Shown here: positions 21,195-30,993 of the stretch, piece after piece
How positions within the stretch are numbered: the first letter of the stretch is position 1
Layout: every line of letters begins with the position of its first letter
NCBI GenBank assembly: GCA_023133515.1
Contig: JAGLWI010000003.1
Location: 12,265 to 76,264 of the forward strand
Origin: Candidatus Babeliales bacterium
Lineage (GTDB): Bacteria; Babelota; Babeliae; Babelales; UASB340
Length of the DNA: 64,000 nt
Reading direction: 5' to 3'
The notes under the pieces: generated by a model
What the model saw: the letters and a program-made list of their open reading frames with translations, nothing else
The model's database searches: none
What the model was told of the DNA's origin: nothing
Program-made: the position numbers and the translations under genes

Positions 21195-22043
21195 ATGAAA
21201 AAAAATAATTTACCAGTAATGATTTTGGCTGGAGGGTTTGGTACTAGATTAAGAGAAGAGACTGAATTTATGCCAAAACCGATGGTTCCAATTGGAAACA
21301 AACCTATTTTATGGCATATTATGAAACTTTATTCTCATTATGGATTTTATCGTTTTATCATTTGTCTTGGTTACAAAGGGCATATGATAAAAGATTATTT
21401 TTTAAATTATAGATTACAGGGAATAGATTTTACTGTTAAAACTAAATTTGGAAAAATAATTGAACATCAAACAAATTGTGAAGAATGGGAAGTTACTCTT
21501 GTAGATACAGGTTTTGATTGTTATACAGGTGGTAGAATTGCTCGTGCATCAAAATATATAGATACTAAAAGTTTTTTACTTACATATGGGGATGGTGTTT
21601 CAAATGTGGATATTTTAAAACTTCTTGAATTTCACAAATCTCATGGCAAATTGGCAACATTGACAGGAGTTAATATGCCTCCACGTTTTGGTAATTTGGA
21701 AGTAAAAGATAATTCGGTTGTATCTTTTATGGAAAAAAGAAAAATTACAGAAGAATGGATAAATGGAGGTTTTTTTGTTTTAGAAAAAGATTTTTTAAAT
21801 TATCTTTCTATTGATTCTTCTTGTGTTTTAGAAAAGGATCCTTTATTTAATGCATCAAAAGATGGACAATTAATGATATATAAACATCATGGTTTTTGGC
21901 AGTGTATGGATACATTAAGAGAACGTAACATGTTAGAAGAAATGTGGAAAAGTTCTCCTCCTTGGAAAGTATGGGAAGATGAAAAAGCTGAGTATAGAAA
22001 TATTAAAAAAGTTTTTTCTCCTGATAAGCAAGCAGTTATTTAA
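21195..22043 (+). CDS. rfbF: Glucose-1-phosphate cytidylyltransferase
   Basis: Motifs are VMILAGGFGTRLREETEFMPKPMVPIGNKPILWHIMKLYSHYGF, LGYKGHMIKDYFLNY and GFWQCMDTLRE. Confidence 0.88.
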   Translation: MKKNNLPVMILAGGFGTRLREETEFMPKPMVPIGNKPILWHIMKLYSHYGFYRFIICLGYKGHMIKDYFLNYRLQGIDFTVKTKFGKIIEHQTNCEEWEVTLVDTGFDCYTGGRIARASKYIDTKSFLLTYGDGVSNVDILKLLEFHKSHGKLATLTGVNMPPRFGNLEVKDNSVVSFMEKRKITEEWINGGFFVLEKDFLNYLSIDSSCVLEKDPLFNASKDGQLMIYKHHGFWQCMDTLRERNMLEEMWKSSPPWKVWEDEKAEYRNIKKVFSPDKQAVI

Positions 22044-22088
22044 ATTCGAGTTGTTACTTTGAAATAAGTAAGTTTTAAGATAAAGTTG

Positions 22089-22157
22089 TGCGCTCATCCT
22101 GAGCTTATCGAAGGATAAAAGCGCGCTGCATTCTTCGACAAGCTCAGGATGAGCGCA
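22089..22157. repeat. GC-rich palindromic intergenic element, copy 2; plausible terminator
   Basis: The sequence is tgcgctcatcctgagcttatcgaagga ... tcttcgacaagctcaggatgagcgca. It is followed by a T-run (ttttttgtttttt). Confidence 0.9.
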
Positions 22158-22227
22158 TTTTTTGTTTTTTAAACTAGATTCTAGGTAGCAAGTTGAGTTA
22201 CATAACTAACATAGAAGTGAGGTAGTA

Positions 22228-23289
22228 ATGAAAAACTATTTTTGGAATAATAAAAATGTTTTTATTACAGGTGCTACAGGTCTTTTAGGGCCGTGGTTAA
22301 TAAAAGATTTATTAGAAAAACAAGCTAATGTTTTTGTTTTAGTACGTGATATTATTCCTTCGTCTTTATTTTTTATAGATGGGCTTGATAAAAAAACAAA
22401 TGTAATTTTTGGGGATCTTTTAGATTTTCAACTTTTACAAAGAGTTTTGAATGAGTTTGATATTGATACGGTTTTTCATTTGGGTGCACAGGCAATTGTG
22501 GGGATTGCAAATAGGTCTCCTTTATCTACTTTTAAATCAAACATAGAAGGAACTTGGAATTTACTTGAGGCTTGTAGACTTTCTCCATGGATTAAAAAAG
22601 TTATTATAGCATCAAGTGATAAAGCATATGGTGAACATGAAAAATTACCTTATAAAGAAAATATTTCACTTCAAGGTAGATTTCCCTATGATGTTTCTAA
22701 AAGTTGTGTTGATTTGATTTCTCAATCTTATTTTCATACTTATAAATTACCAGTATGTGTTACTCGTTGCGGAAATTTTTTTGGTGGAGGAGATTTACAT
22801 TTAAATAGAATTGTACCTGGAACAATAAAAAGTATTTTGTATGGAAAGAATCCTATTATTCGTACAAATGGCCTTTTCGTTCGTGATTATGTTTACGTCA
22901 AAGATGTATCTGATGCTTATATAACTCTTGCTCAAAAAATGGAAAATGACTTCGTTATAGGACAATGTTTTAATTTTAGTACGGATCAACCTTTTAATGT
23001 GATAGAAATTGTTGATTTGATTTTAGATATTATGAAGTGTAATCATTTAAAACCAATTATTCAAAATCAATCTTGTAACGAGATTCCTGAGCAGAATCTT
23101 TGTTCTCAGAAAGCAAAAAATATTTTGGGGTGGGAAGCCAAATTTGGAGTTAAAGTTGGATTACAAGAAACGGTTAAGTGGTATAAAAACTTTTTTGATG
23201 AACAAAAAAATAAAATTTATATTAGTGGTAAAAGCCCTAGATGTGATTTTGGGTATACTTTAGGAAAAGAAAAATTGCGCTCATCCTGA
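22228..23289 (+). CDS. Extended-SDR NAD-dependent sugar 4,6-dehydratase/epimerase (CDP-glucose 4,6-dehydratase by position)
   Basis: Motifs are FWNNKNVFITGATGLLGPWL, SSDKAYG and YDVSKS. It follows rfbF but lacks the classical RPWQHVLEP motif. The terminal RSS-stop comes from repeat copy 3. Confidence 0.5.
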   Translation: MKNYFWNNKNVFITGATGLLGPWLIKDLLEKQANVFVLVRDIIPSSLFFIDGLDKKTNVIFGDLLDFQLLQRVLNEFDIDTVFHLGAQAIVGIANRSPLSTFKSNIEGTWNLLEACRLSPWIKKVIIASSDKAYGEHEKLPYKENISLQGRFPYDVSKSCVDLISQSYFHTYKLPVCVTRCGNFFGGGDLHLNRIVPGTIKSILYGKNPIIRTNGLFVRDYVYVKDVSDAYITLAQKMENDFVIGQCFNFSTDQPFNVIEIVDLILDIMKCNHLKPIIQNQSCNEIPEQNLCSQKAKNILGWEAKFGVKVGLQETVKWYKNFFDEQKNKIYISGKSPRCDFGYTLGKEKLRSS

Positions 23290-23343
23290 GCTTGTCGAAG
23301 GATGAAGCGCACATGCATTCTTCGATAAGCTCAGGATGAGCGC
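23277..23343. repeat. GC-rich palindromic intergenic element, copy 3
   Basis: The sequence is gcgctcatcctgagcttgtcgaaggatg - aagcgcacatg - cattcttcgataagctcaggatgagcgc. It overlaps the last 13 nt of the upstream CDS. Confidence 0.9.
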
Positions 23344-23401
23344 GTAATTAAGATAGTACAACTTAGGTTGATAAAAATAAATGCGAAATCAAAATGTTAA
23401 G

Positions 23402-24406
23402 ATGAAAAAAATTTCAATTATTGTTGCTTGTTATAATGAAGAAGGCAATATTCAGGAGCTTTATAATCGAGTAATAAAAGTTTTTAAAAATCTTGATTAT
23501 GATTTTGAAATTATTTTTGTAGATAATGCAAGTACAGATTGTTCACAAAATATTTATAAAAAAATTATTGAATTAGATGAAAGAATAAAAGCAGTTATTA
23601 TGTCTCGTAATTTTGGGACATCACAATCTAGTTTTTTTGCAGGTATAAAAAAGGCGAGTGGAGAATCAATTGTTATGATTGAAGGTGATTTGCAAGATCC
23701 CCCAGAATTAATTTCAAAGTTTATTGAGAAATGGGAAGAAGGTTATGATGTTATTTATGGTGTTAGAAAAAAGAGAAAAGGAAGTATTTTACGGCGTATA
23801 GCTTATAAATGTTTTTATAGAATTTTTAGAATGTTATCTTATTTGGATATTCCTTTAGATTCTGGTGATTTTTGTTTGATTGATAGAAAAGTTATAAATG
23901 TAATAAAAAATCTTAATGAAAAAGATTTATATTTGCGGGGATTAAGAAGTTGGGCGGGATTTAAACAGGTGGGAGTTGAATATATTAGGGATGAAAGATT
24001 TTCAGGGAATAGTAGCATTAGTTTTTTTCAAAATTTTTCTTGGGCAAAAAAAGCTGTAGTAAATTTTTCTTATAAACCATTAGAGCTTATATCAAGATTA
24101 ACGTTTATGGCTTTTTTGGTTACAATTTTGGTCGCTTTTTTTTATTTATCCATTTATTTTAAAACAAATGCTCCAAGAGGTTTTTACACAATTCTTATGG
24201 TTATATTTGTTTTTGGAACTATTCAGCTTTTAGCTTTAAGTATAATCGCGGAATATTTAATTAGAATTTTTCAGGAGGTTAAAAGTAGACCACCATATAT
24301 TATTGATAGAATTTTAAAGAATAAACCTTCGCTAGCCGATTCCGCTAAATTGGCTATGATGGACAATAAGCTACGGTCCATAAATAAAAAGGATAAGGAT
24401 AGTTGA
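23402..24406 (+). CDS. GT2 polyprenyl-phosphate glycosyltransferase (ArnC/GtrB/DPM1-like)
   Basis: Motifs are KKISIIVACYNEEGNI, IIFVDNASTDCS and IEGDLQDPPE, with two C-terminal TM helices. An alternative ATG lies at 23381. Confidence 0.8.
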   Translation: MKKISIIVACYNEEGNIQELYNRVIKVFKNLDYDFEIIFVDNASTDCSQNIYKKIIELDERIKAVIMSRNFGTSQSSFFAGIKKASGESIVMIEGDLQDPPELISKFIEKWEEGYDVIYGVRKKRKGSILRRIAYKCFYRIFRMLSYLDIPLDSGDFCLIDRKVINVIKNLNEKDLYLRGLRSWAGFKQVGVEYIRDERFSGNSSISFFQNFSWAKKAVVNFSYKPLELISRLTFMAFLVTILVAFFYLSIYFKTNAPRGFYTILMVIFVFGTIQLLALSIIAEYLIRIFQEVKSRPPYIIDRILKNKPSLADSAKLAMMDNKLRSINKKDKDS

Positions 24407-25389
24407 TGAGAAAATATTTAGTAACAGGTGGAACTGGATTTATAGGATCTAATTTGGTTAGGAGATTAGTTTTTCAAGGAAAAAAAGTTTTTTTAATAGT
24501 GGAAAAAAATTCTGATTTTTGGAGATTGCAAGATATTATTTCTAAAATAAAGATTTTAGAAGTTGATTTAAGGGAATTTGATAAGGTTAAAAGTTGGGTT
24601 AAAAATATAAAACCAGATATAATTTTTCATTTAGCTGCATATGGTGTTTTTACTAGTCAAAGAGACCAAAAATATATGTTTGATACAAATTTTTATGGAA
24701 CTGTAAATCTATTTAATGCTTGTAAAGGAATAGGATTTGATTGTTTTATTAATACAGGAAGTTCTTCTGAATATGGGTTGAAAAATTCTATTATGAATGA
24801 GAACGATTTCTTAGAACCTGTAAATGATTATGGAGTAAGCAAGGTTGCTGGAACAATGTTTTGTTTAAAAGAGGCTTTATTTGATAAATTACCTGTTTAT
24901 ACAATAAGACCGTTTACTACTTATGGTAATTTTGAAGCTTTTGGAAGATTAATTCCGTCAATTTTTATTAATTTTTTGCAAAACAAGCAAATAAATTTAT
25001 CCTTACCTCATTTTGTAAGAGATTTTATTTATGTTGAAGATATTGTTGATTTTTATTTAATGCTTTGCGAAAAAAGGCCACGGACTAATTTTATTTTTAA
25101 TGCTGGAACTGGTGTTCAATCAACGATAAAAGATGTTATAGAAAAGGTTCAATCTTTTTTAGATAAAAAAATGATTGTTTGTTGGAATAAATTAATGCCT
25201 AGACCATGTGAGCCAGAAGTATGGCAAGCTTGTATTAATAGGGCTAAAACTGTTGTTGGTTGGGAACCAAAATATTCTTTAGAACAAGGGCTTAAAGAAT
25301 CTTTTAAATGGTTTAAAAAGAATTTACATTTATATGTTAGAATGGAAAAAAAATTTTCAAGAAAAAATAAAATACGAATAACCCAATAA
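24403..25389 (+). CDS. NAD-dependent nucleotide-sugar epimerase/dehydratase (extended SDR)
   Basis: Motifs are YLVTGGTGFIGSNLVRRL, GSSSEYG and YGVSKVAG. It has an ATGA overlap with the GT2 gene. Confidence 0.75.
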   Translation: MMRKYLVTGGTGFIGSNLVRRLVFQGKKVFLIVEKNSDFWRLQDIISKIKILEVDLREFDKVKSWVKNIKPDIIFHLAAYGVFTSQRDQKYMFDTNFYGTVNLFNACKGIGFDCFINTGSSSEYGLKNSIMNENDFLEPVNDYGVSKVAGTMFCLKEALFDKLPVYTIRPFTTYGNFEAFGRLIPSIFINFLQNKQINLSLPHFVRDFIYVEDIVDFYLMLCEKRPRTNFIFNAGTGVQSTIKDVIEKVQSFLDKKMIVCWNKLMPRPCEPEVWQACINRAKTVVGWEPKYSLEQGLKESFKWFKKNLHLYVRMEKKFSRKNKIRITQ

Positions 25390-25471
25390 AATAATTATTT
25401 ATTTTTAATGTATTTTTTGTGATCTAATATTATATAGGTGGTAAGTTTTTAATAAAAATATAAAGAGAAAA

Positions 25472-26476
25472 ATGGTAAATGTTAAAAATATTTTAGTAAC
25501 GGGTGGTGCGGGTTTTTTAGGTAGCCATTTGTGTAAAGTTCTTCTTGAAAAGAATTATAAAGTTTTAGCTTTGGATAATTTATATACTGGACGTTTTGTA
25601 AACATAGAACCACTTATAAAGAATGAAAATTTTCATTTTATTAAACACGATATTATAAAACCAATTAATTTAGATGTTGATTGGATTTTTAATTTAGCAT
25701 GTCCTGCTTCACCACCGCATTATCAAAAGGATCCTATTTATACGACTAAAACGAGTATCATTGGTTCTATGAATCTTTTGGAACTTGCAAAAAAAAATAA
25801 ATCAAGAATTTTGCATGCCTCAACTAGCGAAGTTTATGGTGATCCATTACAGCATCCACAAAAAGAGAATTATAGAGGAAATGTAAATTCTATTGGAATT
25901 CGTTCATGTTATGATGAGGGAAAGAGATGTGCGGAGTCTTTATTTTTTGATTATAATCGTATGTATGATATTGATATTAGAGTTGTAAGAATTTTTAATA
26001 CTTATGGACCAAACATGGATCCACAAGATGGTCGTGTTGTTAGTAATTTTATTATTCAGGCTTTAAGGAATGAACCGTTAACAGTTTATGGTGATGGAAG
26101 TCAGACAAGATCTTTTTGTTATGTAAGTGATTTGATAGATGGAATTGTGAAAATGATGGAGTTGGAAGATAAATTTTGCGGGCCTGTGAATTTGGGAAAT
26201 CCTCAAGAATATACAATTTTAGATTTAGCTAATTTTATTTTAAAATCTACATCTAGTAATTCAAATATTATTTTTGAAAAATTACCTGCTGATGATCCTA
26301 CAAAAAGATGTCCTGATATTAGTCTTGCAAAGGAGAAATTAGGTTGGGAACCAAAGATTGGTTTAAAAAAAGGTTTAAAAGACACAATAAGTTATTTTAA
26401 GAGATTGTTAAATAATGAAAATTGTTGTTGCAGCAGGGGGCAGATTCCACGCTCTTCATTTGGCCCATCAACTTGA
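25472..26476 (+). CDS. UDP-glucuronate decarboxylase (UDP-xylose synthase)
   Basis: Motifs are [62 protein letters not shown] and DGRVVSNFI. The C-terminal 62 nt overlap the next gene. Confidence 0.88.
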   Translation: MVNVKNILVTGGAGFLGSHLCKVLLEKNYKVLALDNLYTGRFVNIEPLIKNENFHFIKHDIIKPINLDVDWIFNLACPASPPHYQKDPIYTTKTSIIGSMNLLELAKKNKSRILHASTSEVYGDPLQHPQKENYRGNVNSIGIRSCYDEGKRCAESLFFDYNRMYDIDIRVVRIFNTYGPNMDPQDGRVVSNFIIQALRNEPLTVYGDGSQTRSFCYVSDLIDGIVKMMELEDKFCGPVNLGNPQEYTILDLANFILKSTSSNSNIIFEKLPADDPTKRCPDISLAKEKLGWEPKIGLKKGLKDTISYFKRLLNNENCCCSRGQIPRSSFGPST

Positions 26477-27593
26477 AAAGAAAAATGTTTTAAAAAAATT
26501 GTTTACAACTTGTTATTCAAAGCAAGATAAGGAATATGTTAGCAATTCTTTGGTTTGTAATAATAATTTTTTAAAAAATATAAATTTACTTTTTCATAAA
26601 CTTAAATTTTCTAAATTTATAAACAAATCAGATTTTTATGTTTTTAAGGATAATATTTTTGATTTTTGGTTAAACAAAAAATTGGATAAAATTGGTCATA
26701 TCGATATTTTTGTGGGATGGGCTCATTTTTTTTTAAAAAGTTTGTCGAAAATTAAAAAAAGTGGAGCAAAAGTTATTGTAGAATGTGGATCTTGTCATAT
26801 ACTTGAACAACAAAATATTTTAAAAGATGAATATGAGAGATTTGGAATAAAACTTTCTCCCATCAATGAAAAAAATATTTCAAAAATTCTTAGTGAATAC
26901 GAGCTTTCTGATTATATAATGACTTGTTCAGACTTTACATATAATTCTTTTATAAAACATGGTATAAATTTTAAGAAAATATTAAAAGTACCTTATGGCG
27001 TAAATCTGGACTTATTTTTTAATGAAAAAGAAAAAAATAAAAATTTAAATAATAAAAAATTTAGAGTTATTTGTGTTGGAATGATGTGTTTGAGAAAGGG
27101 AATTCCGTATCTTTTAAAAGCTTGGGAAAATCTTAAAATTCCAAAAAATGAAATAGAACTTTTATTAGTAGGGAATATTCAAAATGATTTAAAACAAGTT
27201 TTAAAAAATTTAATTTTACCATCAAATATTATATTTTATGGTGCTGTTGATAGAAAAACAATTGTGAATCTTTATAAATCATCTTCTCTTTTTGTTTTGC
27301 CTTCTATAGAAGAGGGGCTTTCAATGACAATTGCTGAAGCAATGGCTTGTGAATTACCTGTAATTTGCACAACAAATACAGGAGGACAAGAATTAATAGA
27401 TAATGGAGTTGAAGGTTTTATTATTCCAATTAGAGATTCTAAAATTTTATCTGAAAAAATAACATGGTGTTATGAAAATAGAGAAGAAGCTGAGAATATG
27501 GGGATACTAGGTAAGAAAAAAGTAAGAAATTTTAGTTGGGATGTATATGGTCAAAGAGTTGTAGATATTTATAAAAAGATTTTGCAAGAATGA
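26415..27593 (+). CDS. GT4-family (GT-B) glycosyltransferase
   Basis: It has the EX7E-type motif [39 protein letters not shown]. Confidence 0.8.
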   Translation: MKIVVAAGGRFHALHLAHQLEKKNVLKKLFTTCYSKQDKEYVSNSLVCNNNFLKNINLLFHKLKFSKFINKSDFYVFKDNIFDFWLNKKLDKIGHIDIFVGWAHFFLKSLSKIKKSGAKVIVECGSCHILEQQNILKDEYERFGIKLSPINEKNISKILSEYELSDYIMTCSDFTYNSFIKHGINFKKILKVPYGVNLDLFFNEKEKNKNLNNKKFRVICVGMMCLRKGIPYLLKAWENLKIPKNEIELLLVGNIQNDLKQVLKNLILPSNIIFYGAVDRKTIVNLYKSSSLFVLPSIEEGLSMTIAEAMACELPVICTTNTGGQELIDNGVEGFIIPIRDSKILSEKITWCYENREEAENMGILGKKKVRNFSWDVYGQRVVDIYKKILQE

Positions 27594-28600
27594 AAAAAAT
27601 AAAAAAGATCTTAGTTGTTGGATATTTTGGAAATGATTCTAATATTTATACTTATGCCAAATCTTTTTACAATAATTTTAAGATTTTAAGTTATAAAGTA
27701 TCAAAATTTGATTATAGAAAGAGTTATTTCTGTAATATATCTTTAATATTGAAAATTTTTTTTACAAAGCCTGATTTGATTTTTTTTATAAAAGCAGAAA
27801 AAATAAGTCATAGAACAATAAATATAATAAAAAATAAATTTCAAAGTTTTCTTGTTAATTTTTATCCAGATAATCCTTTTTCTTTTTGGAATGGAAATTC
27901 TAATTCTTATGTTTTAAATTCTTTTCCTTTTTATGATTATTTTTTAATTTGGTCTAGAATTCTTATTCCAGCGATTAAATCAGCAGGATGTAAAAAAGTT
28001 TATTATTTTCCATTTGCTTACGATCAAGAAATATTTCCTGAAAATATATCTATAAATGATGATGAAAAAGAATATTATGATTCTGATGTATGTTTTATAG
28101 GAACTTGGGAGCCTTTAAGAGAAAAATGGTTAACAAATCTGTGCAAAAGTTTACCAGATTTAAAACTTTTAATTTGGGGAAATTTGTGGGATAAAAAAAT
28201 ATCTAAGAATTCAATTTTAAAAAGTAGATTAAAAGACGATGCTATTTATGGAATTAAGATGATAAAAGCTTTTAGATGTTCTAAAATTGTTCTTAATTTT
28301 ATAAGAGAGCAAAATATAGAATCTCATAATATGAGAACATTTGAAGTTCTTGCGAGTAAATCTTTTTTATTAACACAGCGTACATATGAACAGAAAAAGT
28401 TACTTTTTAAAGAAGGTGAAAGTCTTGAATGTTTTTCTGATGTTGATGAATTAATAATTAAAATTAAATTTTATTTAATAGAAAAGAAAGCTTGTAATAA
28501 AATAATTAATAATGGATATGAAGAAGTAAAAAAATATAAACTACTTACAGTTTTAAAAAAGTATATAAATTTTTTGGAGCAAGGAGAGAGTAGTGAATAA
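27590..28600 (+). CDS. CgeB-like / DUF3880-type glycosyltransferase
   Basis: The C-terminal HNMRTFEVLASKSFLLTQRT...LFKEGESLECFSDVDEL is typical of the CgeB-family glycosyltransferase domain. Confidence 0.55.
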   Translation: MKKIKKILVVGYFGNDSNIYTYAKSFYNNFKILSYKVSKFDYRKSYFCNISLILKIFFTKPDLIFFIKAEKISHRTINIIKNKFQSFLVNFYPDNPFSFWNGNSNSYVLNSFPFYDYFLIWSRILIPAIKSAGCKKVYYFPFAYDQEIFPENISINDDEKEYYDSDVCFIGTWEPLREKWLTNLCKSLPDLKLLIWGNLWDKKISKNSILKSRLKDDAIYGIKMIKAFRCSKIVLNFIREQNIESHNMRTFEVLASKSFLLTQRTYEQKKLLFKEGESLECFSDVDELIIKIKFYLIEKKACNKIINNGYEEVKKYKLLTVLKKYINFLEQGESSE

Positions 28601-29870
28601 ATCAAAACCTAAAATTGCAATTTTAACTATAAAAAATTCTTATGAATATGGAGGTGTTTTAAGTTGTGTAAAAGTATTTTATAAGTTTTGTGAAAAGTAT
28701 TTTGATCCAACAATTTTTGTTTTAAGTTTTGATAAAGAATGTTCTACTAGTTTGCGATCTTTTAAGTTTTCTTCTTCTGTTAAACAAGATACTTATTGTG
28801 GTATGAAATGTGTGGAAATAGGCTCTAGGTGGGCATTTTGGGAGCCTGGGCATTATGTTTATACTATTTCTCATTGGCAAAAGGCTTTAAAAGATTTTAA
28901 ATATTTTTTTGTTGTAGGTGGATCTTGTATATCTGCATATCCTTTGGTTCAATTGAATAAGGATTTTGTTCTTTGGTTTGCGGCATCTTATCAAGATGAT
29001 AGAAGCCAAAGAGTAAAAAAATTATCTTGGTTTCGATATTTTATAGATAAATTTTCATCGAATAAAATTAAAAAAATTGAAAAAGAAATATTAAAGAAAG
29101 TTAATTGTGTTTTACCATTGAGTAAAGATACAAAATTAAGAATGGAGGAAATTTTAAAGGAAAAAAGAAATAATGTAATGATTTGTAATTTTCCAATAAA
29201 ACATAAAAAATTTTCTATTGATTTAAAAACAAAAAAAGAGAAAAATATTATTGCAGTTGGTAGATTTAGTGATCCTCGTAAAAATATTAAAATGTTATTT
29301 CGTGTTTTTGATAAATTGTATTCAAAAATTCCAGAATTAAAATTATTTATAATTGGGAAAAAGCCTAGTGATAAAATTTTAAAAGAATTTTCTTTATCTT
29401 TATCATTTAAAAATATTGTTTTTACAGGAGAGATAAATGGAAATGAAATAGACAAATTTTATAAATGTTCCTGTTTAATGTTTATAACTTCTTATCAAGA
29501 AGGATTAGGTATTGTTGGTCTTGAAGCTTTTTCGCATGGTATTCCGGTAGTCGCAACAGATTGTGGTGGAACGAGAGAATATGTCATTAATGATTACAAT
29601 GGATATTTAGTAAAAGTTAATGATGATATTGATATGATCGAAAAATCATTAAAAATTTTGTCTTCTAATGAGTTGAATTCTAAAATGGGAAAAAATGCAA
29701 TTAAATTTGTAGAGCAAAATTTTTCTAAAAATAAAATACATTCAATTTTTAAAGCTGGCTTATGTTCTGTTTATCCTGATCTTAAAAAATGGTTTGAACA
29801 ATGTGATTTGATTCAAGATTCAAAAATTATTAAAAGAACAAATAAACTTTATGAAGATTTTAGTAATTAG
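28593..29870 (+). CDS. GT4-family glycosyltransferase
   Basis: The motif is SYQEGLGIVGLEAFSHGIPVVATDCGGTREYVINDYNGYLV. The GTG start overlaps the upstream stop. Confidence 0.8.
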   Translation: MNKSKPKIAILTIKNSYEYGGVLSCVKVFYKFCEKYFDPTIFVLSFDKECSTSLRSFKFSSSVKQDTYCGMKCVEIGSRWAFWEPGHYVYTISHWQKALKDFKYFFVVGGSCISAYPLVQLNKDFVLWFAASYQDDRSQRVKKLSWFRYFIDKFSSNKIKKIEKEILKKVNCVLPLSKDTKLRMEEILKEKRNNVMICNFPIKHKKFSIDLKTKKEKNIIAVGRFSDPRKNIKMLFRVFDKLYSKIPELKLFIIGKKPSDKILKEFSLSLSFKNIVFTGEINGNEIDKFYKCSCLMFITSYQEGLGIVGLEAFSHGIPVVATDCGGTREYVINDYNGYLVKVNDDIDMIEKSLKILSSNELNSKMGKNAIKFVEQNFSKNKIHSIFKAGLCSVYPDLKKWFEQCDLIQDSKIIKRTNKLYEDFSN

Positions 29871-30993
29871 TCATACATACATTGCTCCAATCAATAGAGA
29901 AAAATGGAAGGTTTTTGCAAAACTTTATTCTGATTTTCAAATAAAAGTTTTAATTCCTAAAATTTGGCCAGCAAATTTATTCACAATACATTCAGGTGAT
30001 TTGTCATCTGATAATGATCAAAATTGTGAATTTGTGGCTTTGAATACTTTTAAAAATGGTAATGAAGTTTTATATGGATATAAATTTTTTGAATTAATAA
30101 AACTTTTAAAAGAATTTAAGCCGGATTTGATTCATGTAGAACAAGGAGATAGTGCATTTTCTTATTTTCAGTCAATTTTTCTTTCAAAAATATTTTGTCC
30201 AAAAGCTAAATTTACTTTTTTTACTTGGGTTAATTGGGAAGAAAAACGTTCATGGAAATATAAATTTTTTTGGAAATTTATAGAAAGATTTAATCTTTTT
30301 TTTACCAATGGTGCTTTTGTTGGAAATCAAGATGCAAAAAAAATATTACAAGATAAGAATTTTAAAAAGCCAATTGAAGTTTTACATCAACTTGGTGTAA
30401 ATAAAAAATTTTTTTATCCAGCAAAGCATGAAAATAAAAGTAAAAAAAAATATATAGGTTATATAGGTAGGCTTATAAAAGAAAAGGGAATTTTTACTTT
30501 AATTGATGCATTTGTGTTAATTAAAAAGAAATTTTGTAATTGGAATTTATTGATTGTTGGAGATGGAAAAGATAAAAAAGATTTTGTTAATTATGTTTGT
30601 AAAAAAAAATTGATGGATCGTATTGAGTTTAGACCACCTGTTTGTCATGAAGAAGTTGTGTCAATTTTTCATCAGATTGAAATTTTTGTTTTACCTTCTT
30701 ACGATATAGAAAAATGGCGAGAGCAATTTGGTCATGTTTTAATTGAAGCTATGTCTTGCAAAGTTCCTGTTATAGGAAGCACTGGAGGTTATATTCCAAA
30801 TGTTATTGGAGATGCAGGATTAATTTTTGAACAAAAAAACGAAAAAAAATTAGCCAAATGTTTAAATATTTTTATGAGGGATGAGAAAATAAGAAAAACA
30901 TTTGGTCAAAAAGGATATTCAAGGTTTGAGTTAAATTTTTCTTACAATATAATTGCAAAAAAGACTTTTTCTTTTTGGAATAAATTATGTTAG
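29851..30993 (+). CDS. GT4-family glycosyltransferase
   Basis: The motif is EQFGHVLIEAMSCKVPVIGSTGGYIPNVIGDAGLIF. Confidence 0.75.
   Translation: MKILVISHTYIAPINREKWKVFAKLYSDFQIKVLIPKIWPANLFTIHSGDLSSDNDQNCEFVALNTFKNGNEVLYGYKFFELIKLLKEFKPDLIHVEQGDSAFSYFQSIFLSKIFCPKAKFTFFTWVNWEEKRSWKYKFFWKFIERFNLFFTNGAFVGNQDAKKILQDKNFKKPIEVLHQLGVNKKFFYPAKHENKSKKKYIGYIGRLIKEKGIFTLIDAFVLIKKKFCNWNLLIVGDGKDKKDFVNYVCKKKLMDRIEFRPPVCHEEVVSIFHQIEIFVLPSYDIEKWREQFGHVLIEAMSCKVPVIGSTGGYIPNVIGDAGLIFEQKNEKKLAKCLNIFMRDEKIRKTFGQKGYSRFELNFSYNIIAKKTFSFWNKLC

Noticed and set aside
24330-24390. A slightly GC-richer C-terminal tail of the GT2 gene (ccttcgctagccgattccgctaaattggcta) as another element insertion.
   Set aside because: Only a 5-bp tagcc/ggcta pairing is present, and it shares no motif with the palindromic element. 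It cannot be distinguished from ordinary sequence variation.
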